Source: Heptranchias perlo (taxonomy: Eukaryota). Taken from it: DNA of 64,000 nucleotides. Below the pieces are notes generated by a model, which was not told where the DNA came from, ran no database searches, and saw nothing but the letters and a program-made list of their open reading frames with translations. The position numbers and the translations under genes were made by a program. The first letter of the stretch is position 1; every line of letters starts with the position of its first letter. The DNA lies in contig NC_090340.1 in NCBI RefSeq assembly GCF_035084215.1, positions 14,756,001 through 14,820,000 of the forward strand, written 5' to 3'. Shown piece after piece: positions 1-11,110 of the stretch.

Positions 1-689
1 AACGCACAAAATCACGTGATCACTGATCTTTCAGCTTGTATATTTCTCATTTCGGATTGGTGTCAAGTCTTCTGAGGTATAAGACATTACAAAGCACAGC
101 ATCAGTCTAAAATCACCTGACATGTTCAAGGAATTGTGAACTTTTAGTTAACAGTCTGCATACAGGAAACTGCCGTATTAATCAGTCCTTTTCTAACCAA
201 CGTTTTTCAGTAAATATTGCTGCTTATTATTCACAGGCTGATTATGAACGACCTATGATAGTCCCTATTTTGTATTGATTTGGCATGTCAAGTATATTTT
301 AGGTCACGTTAAAGTAGTGGGCAGAAAATGGCCAGTGTCCGCATCAACGTCTTGCGAAATTCACCTGAGAAGATCGCACTCGCACCTCCATTCCTGCATC
401 TTAATCATCAGGAAACAACACTGACTGCACGAATTTTAGTAAATTCTGCACTTGGAAAGCAAATATTTAACCTTACTCTTTGCTGCCCGTGAGACATGTG
501 AGTCCAATAGCCGAATAAGTGCAGAAATTTGCATATCGCACTGAACAAACGAATCATCTGTTCTAAAGCCGCAGTTTCAGGAGGTCAAACGACAATGCGA
601 TGCATCTCATGAAAAACAAAGCACAAACCATTCTAAACAATGGCAAGCTCGTAATTAGTGCAGTGCGTCAGTTTAATCTGTTGCTCAGA

Positions 690-744
690 ATGTCGGCCAG
701 TATGGTGTTTCTGTCCTTGACGCTCCGGGGGATTATTTGCACAG
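690..744 (+). pseudogene. Copy 1 leader exon MSASMVFLSLTLRGIICT
   Basis: ATG 690, 55 nt, phase-1 GT donor at 745. Same length and phase as the leaders at 27932 and 47007. Confidence 0.85.
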
Positions 745-914
745 GTACCTCTTTATTCACAAGAACAGCTACTTCAATTTATAAAAAGATTCCGAAGTCG
801 TTTCCACATAAATGCAATGATCGTAATTCCTCTATCTAGATTCATTTTCTCTCTCTTCCAACTCCATGTCGTATCTAATGCAATTAACACGGACTTGACT
901 ATATTTTCTGACAG

Positions 915-1109
915 CTGCGGAACACAATTCGTTCAGAGTGACTCAAGCGCCCAAACGGGCAATTGTATCCAAAGGGGGAGACATCACCTTCTACTGCACA
1001 TTCTCCATCTCTCAAGCCCAGTCCCAAGACTCTGGAGTCTATCACTGCGCAGTGATCCGAGAGGGAACAGTTGGAGCAAATGGAACCGGATCATATCTAA
1101 TTGTGCATG
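915..1109 (+). pseudogene. Copy 1 V(J) exon with in-frame internal deletion of about 42 codons
   Basis: Reads FRVTQAP..GDITFYC-16aa-DSGVYHC..NGTGSYLIVH. Only 16 aa lie between the Cys residues versus 58 in copy 2, and the C-strand Trp is missing. Confidence 0.9.
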
Positions 1110-1917
1110 GTAAGTGTGAAACACCGGAGAGCGGGACTGTCGCAAACCTATCAAACATAACAAACGGGAATGTTTTGTGATTGCTTTATTGTACGGTTTG
1201 TGGCAGTATAAACATTTCTGCGAACACATTTCGCGAGAAATTTAAGTTGCAGGTTCGTGTTCTCTATATACAACTGCCAATTAGAGAGTAAAATATTACC
1301 CTTCACATGCAGAGTACAGCAAAATGTATCAATATTAAGCAGTTGGAAAAAAACTCCAAATAAATTTATACACCAGATATCTGATAGCGGAGGTTCAGAA
1401 CAAATTCCAAGCTTATAACTGAGTGAAAATTGTTTCTATTAACACGCTTGCCCCACCATATACACGGCTCTTAGCCCATTTTGGATGCTCTGACTGCCCC
1501 CAGCGCTGTCTCTGGGGGGTTTAACATTCAATAAATTTTTTCTCACATCATGTTTGGCTCGTTAGCGTCACGGATTTGAAAGCCAGCGTGCAACTAACTA
1601 TTGATTAACGGATTCACTCAACAAACTGGAGCTTGGAATTCACAACGTTGTCACCTCACTAACCCCCAATAAATACAATACGCCGGAACTGTATTGCTGC
1701 AACCTCCTGAGGTTCAACCGTATAGTTTATTTCACCAATTGTTATGCTTCAGCTGTGAGATCAGTCCAATACCGAGTAATGCCCTCCTTTTTTCATCGGC
1801 AATGTGGAGATTACTCGAATACTCGTCACTGTCTAACTGAGTAAAGAAAATGGAGGGAATGGGCGCGCCAACTTTCTCCCAGGGTTCATTTGTTTAATTC
1901 TTTGGACTCTGAAAATC

Positions 1918-1990
1918 GCAAACAGATATATTGTAGAATTTGCAAACAGATATATTGTAGAACTTGCAAACAGATATATTGTAGAATTTG
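1918..1990. repeat. Tandem repeat, 3 x 24 bp (GCAAACAGATATATTGTAGAAYTT)
   Basis: Seen directly; lies at the junction where the C1 exon is missing. Confidence 0.9.
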
Positions 1991-2334
1991 TATTGATAGT
2001 CATGAAGATAGTTCACCGGAAACGCATGGGAAATATCAACGAAAACATAAAATTCTTGTTTTAATGTATAATATTATTGAATCCGATATGTTGTAAAATG
2101 GGGTTATATCGTCCGTAGCACAAATATTCTCAGTCAAACCTTATTTGCCTTCAACTTCCTCTATTTGACATATAACAAATATAAACAGGAGTTTATCTTT
2201 TGTATCCCATTATATTTGCTCTCCTGCTTAGTATTAATACTTCTTCGGAATATTTTCCAATTTAAAATGGTATTATTCTTTACCACTGCCGGCTTTCCCT
2301 GCATCAGGACCATTACCTGGCACTGCAGTGAACT

Positions 2335-4003
2335 TTTTTTTAATTCGATCATGGGATGTGGGCGTTGCTGATAAGGACAGCCTTTATTGCCCATCCCTAA
2401 TTACCCTTAAGAAGGCGATGATGAGCCGCCGACTTGAACCGTTGCATTCCATGTGGTGAAGGTTCTCCCACAGTGCTGTTAGGTAGGGAGTTCCAGGATT
2501 TTGACCCAGCGGCGATGAAGGAATGGCGAGATATTTCCCAGTTGGGATGGTGTGTGACTTGGAGGGGAATGTGCAGGTGTTGTGTCCATGTGTCTGCTGC
2601 CCTTGTCCTTCTAGCTGGTAGAGGTCGCGGGTTTTGGAGGTGCTGACCAAGGTGACTTGGCGAGTTGCTGCAGTGCATCCTGTGGATAGTACACACTGCA
2701 GCCACGGTGCGCCGATGGTGAACGGAGCGAATTTTTAGGGTGGTGGATGGGGTGCCAATCAAGCGGGCTGCTTTGTCCAGGATGGTGTCGAGCTTCTTGA
2801 GTGTTGTTGGAGCTGCACTCATCCAGGCAAGTGGAGAGTATTCCATCACACTCCTGACTTGTGCCTTGTAGATGGTGGAAAGACTTTGGGGAGTCAGGAG
2901 GTGAGTCACTCGCCGCAGAATACTCAGCCTCTGACCTGCTCTTGTAGCCACAGTATTTATATGGCTGGTCCAGTTAAATTTCTAGTCAATGGTGACCCCC
3001 AGTATGTTGATGGTGGGGGATTCGGCGATGGAAATGCCATTGAATGTCAAGGGGAGGTGGTGATGGTCATTGCCTGGCACTTGTCTGGCACGAATGTTAT
3101 GTGCCATTATCAGTCCAAGCCTGGATGTTGTCCAGTTCTTGCTGCATGCGGACACGGACTGCTTCATTATCTGAGCGGTTGTGAATGGAACTGAACACGG
3201 TGCAATCATCAGCGAACATCCCCATTTCTGACCTTATGATGGAGGGAAGGTCATTGATGAAGCAGCTGAAGATGGTTGGGGCTAGGACACTGCCCTGAGG
3301 ATCTCCTGTCGCAATGTCCTGGGACTGAGATGATTGTCCTCCAACAACCACTACGATATTCCTTTGTGCTAGGTATGACTCGAGGCACTGGAGAGTTTTC
3401 CCCCTGATTCACATTGACTTCAATTTTACTAGGGCTCCTTGGTGGCACACTCGAGCAAATGCTGCCTTGATGTCAACAGCCGTCACTCTCATTTCACCTC
3501 TGGAATTCAGCTCTTTTTTCCATGTTTGGACCAAGGCCATAATGAGTGTGGAGCCGAGTGATCCTGGCAGATCCCAAAACAAGCATCGGTGAGCAGGTTA
3601 TTGCTGAATAAGTGCCACTTGATAGCACTCTCCATGGCACTTTCCAGCACTTTGCTGGTGATTGAGAGTAGACTGATGGGGCGGTAATTGGCCGGATGTG
3701 ATTTATTCTGCTTTTTGTGGACAGGACACACCTGGGCAATTTTCCACGTTGTCGGGTTCATTCCCCCGTTGTAGCTGTGCTGGAACAGCTTGGCTGGAGG
3801 CGCGGCTGGTTCTGGAGCACAAGACTTCAGCACTACAACCGGGATGTTGTGGGGCCCATAGCCTTTTATGTATCCAGTGTACTCAGCGATTTCTTGATAT
3901 CACGTGCAGTGAATCGAATTGGCAGAAGACTGGCTTCTGTGATGGATATGTCGGGAGGAGGCTGAGATGGTTCATCCTCTCGGCACTTCTGGTTGAAGAT
4001 GAT
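2335..4003 (-). mobile_element. 5'-truncated, degenerate non-LTR retrotransposon, family A (CR1/Jockey group)
   Basis: Frameshifted RT fragments (PQGSVL, MFADD, NYRPISLL) and a poly(A) tail. Close paralog of 48353-52351. Confidence 0.9.
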
Positions 4004-4378
4004 TAGTTGCTTAATTGCTCTCGGACTTCTCTCCTGTTGACAATTCTCAATCCGGACAGCACCCTCCACCTTGCAATAAAAAGTTATAATTTGCAGCAAG
4101 TGATAAATCAACTGTGCTCTGACACACAGTCACTTTCCAACCCGTTACGTTGTGGATGCGTTATGACTTGGAATGAAAACGTGTGTGGCCCCGGCCCGGC
4201 AATGTTTTACACCGTTGTTAATCGCTGCAGGGGCAGGGATTCAAACACTGTCAGCATAATCTGAAATTGAATATTATGTTCGGCTTTGTACTGACTCTGG
4301 AAATTTCTTTGAAATCACTGAATGGAAACTGAGTAACTGTGTCAATCTTTCAATATCATTAAATTTCATTCGTTCCAG

Positions 4379-4422
4379 GTAAACAGGAACGTGTAATGGG
4401 ACCGACCCGCCATGAAGAGCTG
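4379..4422 (+). pseudogene. Copy 1 cytoplasmic exon 1 (GKQERVMGPTRHEEL)
   Basis: 44 nt with AG/GT boundaries, homologous to 32963-33006. Confidence 0.75.
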
Positions 4423-4967
4423 GTACGTTCATTCATTCATCTTCTACAGAGGGTTCAAATGCGAAGAAAGATTGCTATAATGGAGAGATATTATCACAAT
4501 ACTGCCAGAACATTTTAAGTCTATTTACTAAAAGCATTTGCCCGGCCTTGGTGAATCATTCAAATCGTGGTTAGAAGCGTATTTAGCAACCGGTGCGTTG
4601 CTGGCAAAAAAGTTAGATAGCGGACAAGAAAACTGCTAGTTTCGTTTAAAATGTACTGAGTTAATAACCGTTTATCGAGTCATCTATTGTCTGTATTGGA
4701 AAAAAATCCTTTATATTCAAAACTGCCGCTTATTTAAACATTTCTGTAACATATTGTTGTGGAGTGAATATTGACAGGTTTACATATTAGTTATCGTGAC
4801 CACAGCACTCATCAGGTTTAATATTAGTACTTATGCCAATATATTATGCTTTGTGCACTTGATCTCTAGCCCAGCTCGTTTTGTTCAATGTTTTGTCAGC
4901 TGTACGTAAATTGGTGAAGGCAATGAACTAGCGACGTAACCAAATATTTGCTTTCTGGCCCATGCAG

Positions 4968-5069
4968 GGAGCAGAGGCTGATATCGTGCATTGTGCTGCA
5001 TTAGATTTCAGCAAAGACATGAACATTCCAAGACGTAAAGATGAAGAGGAGCGGACCGTGTACGCTCAG
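4968..5069 (+). pseudogene. Copy 1 cytoplasmic exon 2 (IVHCAAL = degenerate ITIM; TVYAQ = ITSM start)
   Basis: 102 nt with AG/GT boundaries, homologous to 33529-33629. Confidence 0.75.
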
Positions 5070-5277
5070 GTAAGGCTGAGTAACAGATCAGAGAAACATG
5101 GATCATTACTGTAACACAAACATTCATGCGATAGTGGAATATTTAAGGTTGTGCTGACTTTGACCTTGTATTGTATCAAAAGCTATTTGTGTATTATTCT
5201 GATGACTGCTTTGAGCAGCAGTCCACAAAACTTGCAATACGTCCAATCAACAATATTTCCAAACATTGGCTTTACAG

Positions 5278-5449
5278 AAATAAAGGGACAACTCGAGACA
5301 AGTTGGCGTAGGCAGCTCTAGCAGTGACTGGCTCAGTGAAAAGGGCGCAATGCAAAAATGACGAAAGAAGCACCGACTATGCCCAGCTACCATCGCAAAA
5401 CCAAAGAAGAATAACAAAGGTTGTTTACTCCGAAGCAAGAACCAAATAG
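5278..5449 (+). pseudogene. Copy 1 terminal cytoplasmic exon (LA*AAL, TDYAQL, VVYSEA)
   Basis: Homologous to 33836-34006. Starts 2 nt shorter than in copy 2 and has TAG at 5309-5311 replacing a motif Tyr. Confidence 0.75.
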
Positions 5450-7378
5450 CGATAGAATTTTAGATGTCGAAGTCTATGTTTGATGTCTACTGATCGCTTT
5501 CCGCTGCGGTATCAACTAAGCGCGTTTGTATACCGTGAAATACCGTACCTCCGAGAGGTAACGCATTCGAGTGCAATATCAGAGAATGCAGTCTCTCGTC
5601 TTTACTTACTGTTCAATTGCTTCCTGAATTTTAAATTAGCTGCTTTTAAGAGAAAACTAACTTTCCTGACATACTTTCATGTTAAATCTGTATTATCTAA
5701 CTAAACACAGATCTCTATTTCAATTACAATGACACGCTAATAGTCTTGGTGTACCTAATTATCATCATAGAAAAATTCAATAAAACCAGATTATACACGA
5801 TCTCTTATAAATCAACGATTCGTGCGGCTTTTTTGGGAGTAAAACTGCAAAACTTGTGCGTTAATTTATGTGTCATGTTACCGCGTTCTGACTTCCTGTC
5901 CAGGTGACGCTCCTGATATGGAAAGCAGGAATTTCCAGTGTATGGACTCGTCCATAAACCCACTGAACGTAGTTTCCAGTTGTTTTATGTCCTCCAAACA
6001 TCTGTTTACCCATGTGGCCACGTAGAATCATATAATCTTACAGAACAGAAGGAGTCCATGCGCCTGTTGTGGTCGTGCCTGCTCTTTGAAAGAGCTATCC
6101 AATTAGTCTCAAACCCTGCACTTCCCCAAAGCCCTGCAATGTTTTCCTTTTCAAGCATTTATCCAATTCCGTTTTGAAAGTTCCCATTGGACCTGCTTCC
6201 CCCACTGTTGCCCTTACTTCTAAGATTCATTATCCTATGGTGTTACTTTGTCATTTTTGTCAATATCCATGCAAACGACATTTGCTGTATTTCCTATATT
6301 TAATCTCTCTGCTGTTTCTCCAAAGCATCCTAAACTGAAAGTCAAGCATGATCTGCGTTTTCGAAATCCGTGCTGACTTGCCTTGATGAGCTCAGGTTTC
6401 TACAGGAACACAACAGTTTTATCCCGAATGACACAAGGCCTGGAAAATTCAAGGAAATATGCAACTGTTTACCTGCCATCATGTTTCAGTTTACTTCACA
6501 TTCGATGTTCTTATCTAATAACAATTCATTACTTCAAAATTGAGTCGAAGTGCTGCAGATTATTTTGATAATTAGTTAACCGAACAAGTGTCACATCTGT
6601 ATAAAGGAATCAAAAGGTCAATTTGTGGGCGTTCTATCAGTACTGATAAAGTTCTGATAAAGTTTAAGCGATTAGCTGGGGGGTGGGGGGGGGGCGGCGG
6701 GGTATTAGACGGAAATGACATGGTTCAGTCACTCAGCTCGAAGCACCAACACTGATACTTCTAAATTTAACTCTGTTAATTGCAATATACTGAAAATGTA
6801 TCTAGTGTCGAATAGCGGCAGTTATTGCTCATCGCATGTTTCAGTATAATTATAACAACACTTGATGTTCACATTCAATTAAGATTTTATTTAACATTCG
6901 ATTTTTCATTGCAGCTTCCATAAGAACATGAGAAATAGGAGCAGGAGTGGGCCACCCGGCCCCTCGAGACTTCTCCACCATTCAATTAAATCATGACACA
7001 TATTCCACCTCAACTCCAATTTCCCGCCCGATCCCCACACCTCTTGATTCCCTTAGAATCCAAACATCTATCGATCTCAATCTTGAATATACTAAACGAC
7101 TGAGTGTCCACCGTCCCATGGGGAAGGGAATTCCAAATATTTACCACCCTCTGAGTGAAGAAACTCCTCCTCAACTCAGTCCTAAATATCCAACACCTTA
7201 TCCTGATACTATGCACCCTAGTTCTGGACTCTCCAGCCAGGAGAAACATCTTTTCAGCCTCTACCCTGGCAATTCCTCTTAGAACCTTATATGCTTCAAT
7301 GAGATTCCCTCTTATTCTCCTAAACTCCTGAGTATACAGGCCCATTCTACTCAATCTTTCCACATAGGACAACCCTGT

Positions 7379-8420
7379 TGTTGACCGGAGGTCACCGGTT
7401 ACGGTTACTGGCTTAGTACAAAGAGGAGAAGTGTCAATTCTCTCTTAACTCTCAATTCGCTTTATTCACGCGGTTAGATCATATACATACAGCTTATACA
7501 TCTGGTTAGATATAGACATGCAGTTTGCACCAGGTTATAAAGTTTAATACCCAAACTAGGATCTAAACGCACACCCATTCGGTTTTCCTGACACACCCTG
7601 AGTGGTCACAGAATATAAAGGATAATACCCGAAAAGGAGAGCTGACGCTGGCCAGGCGTTCCGTTCTATCTCTCTCTCAATGTCGTCTCTACGTCCCTGA
7701 CGTAGGTTCTTCCACTTCCACGATGGTTGGTCTCCGGAGCCTTCGCTCTCTCGCTTTCGAGGTTTCTCTGACACTCCCTGAGTGGTCACAGAATATACGT
7801 CATCTCTACATCCCTGACGTAGGTTCTTTCGCTTCCTCGATGGTTGGTCTCTGGAGTCTTCGCTCTCTCTCTTTCGAGGTTTCTATGACACTCCCTAAGT
7901 GGTCACATAATATACGTTGTCTCTATGTCCCTGACGTAGGTTCTTGCACTTCCGTGATGGTTGGTCTCCGGAGTCTTCGCTCTCTCTCTTTTGAGGTTGC
8001 TCTGACACTCCCTGAGTGGACACAGAATATATGTCGTCTCTATGTCCCTGACGTAGGTACTTCCACTTCCGCGATGGTTGGTCTCCGGAGTCTTCGCTCT
8101 GGCTCCATGCCCCAGATTCTTCATTATTATTCCGAATCTTATCTCTTCAAGCTGTGCTGTCTCTCTCTTTTGTTGGTTTAGGCTTGCTCTCCTCATTGGC
8201 TCTGTCCCAAGGACTTAGGTAGCAATACCTCATTACCCCTTTTCTAAATAAGGACTTGTGTCTTATCACATCTCCTTTGTCTTTCACACAACTTAGTTAA
8301 TTCAAACCGGTTCCAGCCAACACAGGCCAGCGACTGAACTCAGGTTACTTCAGTTCCAAATTTGCTCTTGCCTGTATGTCAGCAGCTGATGTCTCAGGTT
8401 ACTGCAGCCCCTGGCCAACA
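7379..8420 (-). mobile_element. Probable solo LTR (about 1.04 kb)
   Basis: Termini TGTTGACCGG...CTGGCCAACA (TG..CA, 8/10 inverted) and a 4-bp TSD CTGT/CTGC. The CR1 sequence resumes on both sides. AATAAA on the minus strand at about 7461. Confidence 0.75.
7681..8100. repeat. Tandem array, about 3.6 x 117 bp, inside the LTR
   Basis: The TGACGTAGG core recurs at 7698, 7815, 7932 and 8049. Confidence 0.9.
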
Positions 8421-8925
8421 CTGCCATCCCAGGAATCAATCTAGTGAACCTTCGTTGTACTGCCTCTAAGCCAAGTATATCCCTCCTCAGGGAAGGAGGC
8501 CAAAGCTACAAACTGTATTCCAGGTGTGGTCTCGCCAAAGCCATGTACAATTGCAACATGACTTCCTTACTCTTGTATTCCAATCCCCTTACAATTAAGG
8601 CCAACATACCACTTGCCTTCCTAATTGTTGACTAACTGCATGTTAACCTTCTGTGTTTCGTATACAAGGACACCCAAATCCCACTGAACACCAACATTAA
8701 ATAGTTTCTCACCATTTAAAAATATTCAGTTTTTCTATTCTTTCTACCAAAGTGAATAACCTCACATTTCCCCACATCGTGCTCCTTCTGCCACCTGCTT
8801 GCCCACTCACTTAACCTGTCCATATCACATTGCCGACTCTTCACGTCCTCCTGACAGTTTACTTTACCACCTAGCTTTGCATCATCAGCAAACTTGGATA
8901 CATTACACTCGGTTCCTTCATCTAC

Positions 8926-11110
8926 TACTTTCTTCCACTTTAGCCTTCACAGCTAAACAAAATTGCTTTTGGCAAAACGTTTCCAAACCTTTTTATCTAC
9001 TAACGTTGTAGATCAAATTTCAATTGTTGTTAAAGCATTTGGCATTTATTTAAGATAATACTCATTCAAGTTGTCATTTGACCAAGCTCTCTACCCTCTG
9101 ATGTCTGCTGGATGTATGCGTCCATCGGACAATCACTTTTCTGACTTCTGTGGGGATGATATTGGGTTCTGATAATGAACAAATTGATCTATCAAGTGTG
9201 TGTTTACGTTTGCAATAACTACCAAATGTGTTCGATTTCAGGACAGCTCCAAAGATTTTTGTAAGAGTTCAGCGGTGGGCAATGGCTTTGGATCTGCTGA
9301 GGTGAACTGTCGTTTCTCCCAGATAGGTATATAATCAGTCAGTACCAAATGAGCAAACTGGCTGCTAGAGAAAATGGTCAGTGCTCCCCGACATCCATCC
9401 GGATGGCATAGGCCACTTTGACTAATTCAGCTTACTGTGCTGAATGGCCTCCAGTTAAATCTTTTAACGCATCTGACAGTAATAACTTCATGGGGGTTTG
9501 GGCGGTCATAAGTACGAATTTATCTAATCCAGTGACATAGGCAAATTTGTTAGTGGCCCAGTAGACAGTTAAAAGGTGTTTCTCACAAGCGATCAACACC
9601 AGTGTTTGAGAGGCATATACCACAGGCACCTGAACACCATGTCGTTCTTGGCCAAAGCTGACAACACCAAAATGTTGCTGATCGCTACTTATTGCGGGTA
9701 TGGTTCGCCAGCCTTTGGTGTTTAATTTTAATTCACTCGCTGTAATCACTGCTAACAGTTCTTTCAACAAATTGTATTGAAAAATGGAGGGGAAATTGTG
9801 AAATTCCTGTCGTAAACATGTCCAGGTATACTCTTGCTCCTGTTGGATCAAAGGAAATGTATACTAGCACTGACTGGTCAATCTGTACTGCTCGGTCTAT
9901 CCTCCCACGCTCATTCTTGTGTTCTGCCCAACAGAGGGCGATCTTTAGCAATAGATCAAATTCTCTCAGTTTGAGTTGGGGCCGCACTGCCAGGCCATTG
10001 ACCTTTTATCCCTATCAGCAGCCCTCCTTGCGGAGAGCCTGCACCCACTTGCCACCAACACAAATTTCCATGTCCACTACCATATTGTTCCTTCCCTTCC
10101 AATCTGCTCATAAGATACCAACCTTCGCTTCCTGTCAAATTTGAGTTCACATTACTATGTGGCGAGTGTTTACATCCCCGACGTGATTTCCTTCTCTACC
10201 ATCATTCCCGTATCTCCTCCTCCTCCAAAGCCGCCTAGCTCTATTGTGTCTTGAAGTTCAAACTGATCGTCAAGTGCACCCATATCATGGTATGCGACAC
10301 GCCTGTATCAACAAGCAATATCTGTCCCTGACTTTCATGGGTGGTGCTGCGCTATTTATTCTTCCACACTGGGGTAGCGGTGGGGGGAGGTGTGGGGGAG
10401 AGAGAAAAAGTGCTGGGGAAGGGTAGGATCCAAATGATCTAAGCGTTTCTTCAAGAATTCTACCTCCAGTCTCAGAGTGTTTATCTCAGATTTCAATCTT
10501 TCCTCCAGCTCCTATATTTTCATTTGACAGTGGGTGTGATCGCCCACTCCTGATACACTGCACTGGTGGTCCAGGTTTTGATTTGGAATTCCTCGTGGGG
10601 AACTACTTAACTCATCTACCTTTTTTTTATCACATTTTATCCTGATTTTCCTGTAATTGTAGTTCGACATTCAATGCTACTAATTTTCTGGATCTACTTG
10701 CAATTTCGGTTTGAAGGTAATCTACCGATGCAGTCAATATCGTGTTGCAAGCAGTTGTATGAGCTAATTGATTTTTGAGCTCTAAATTTCGATCCATCAA
10801 ATTTTTGTTGGGGTCTCCTTCGGTTTCTACTTGTTTCTTAAGTTTTATAATTTGCTGTCGCTGACATAGGGATCAAGGGACATGGGGAAAAAGTGTGAAC
10901 AGGTTACTGAGTTAGGCGATCAGCCATGATCATTTTGAATGATCATGGCTGAAGGGCTGAATGGACTACTTTTGCTCCTATTTTCTATGTTTCTATAACA
11001 CAACTCTAGCTTTCCAACTTCGCTTTTCACATGCTGTTCGTGGGTATGATCTTAACCAAATCTCTTACCTGTTCTAGGTTTCCTGCTTTTTCTATCACGA
11101 AAATCATTGA
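8926..11110 (-). mobile_element. Decayed retrovirus-like LTR-element internal region (gag-like coiled coil, protease, RT remnant, two RNase H-like domains)
   Basis: Minus-strand motifs in order: LLVDTG (about 10300); YTWTCLRQEFHNFPSIF (about 9830); PVVYASQTL..CEKHLLTVYWA (about 9600); HSAQ*AEL..IPIWEKRQFTSADPKP (about 9440-9280). Confidence 0.75.

Larger units (their letters stand above)
690..5449 (+). pseudogene. V(J)-C1-type IgSF receptor copy 1 (SIRP/NKp30/VJC1-like), pseudogene: internally deleted V, no C1 or TM exon, stop and frameshift in last exon
   Basis: Exons 690-744 (leader), 915-1109 (V), 4379-4422, 4968-5069 and 5278-5449 are homologous to copy 2 exons and have GT/AG boundaries. 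Intron homology jumps across the C1 and TM exons of copy 2. Confidence 0.85.
6921..8925 (-). mobile_element. CR1 LINE 3' fragment, interrupted by a solo LTR
   Basis: ORF2 C-terminus (YxERLxRxGLY..RRxFFTQRVVNxWNSLP) and CR1-type 3' tail. Confidence 0.85.

Noticed and set aside
1918-1990. CRISPR-like array
   Set aside because: Contiguous repeats without spacers in eukaryotic DNA.
2165-2371. Hydrophobic ORF as the TM exon of copy 1
   Set aside because: It aligns to intronic sequence of copy 2 (about 29915-30050), not to its TM exon.
6677-6702. G-quadruplex regulatory element
   Set aside because: Simple G-run, not conserved in the duplicated copy 2 flank.
7723-8181. 152-aa leucine-rich-repeat-like host gene
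   Set aside because: It is the translation of a 117-bp tandem array inside an LTR-like insertion, with no splice or homology support.
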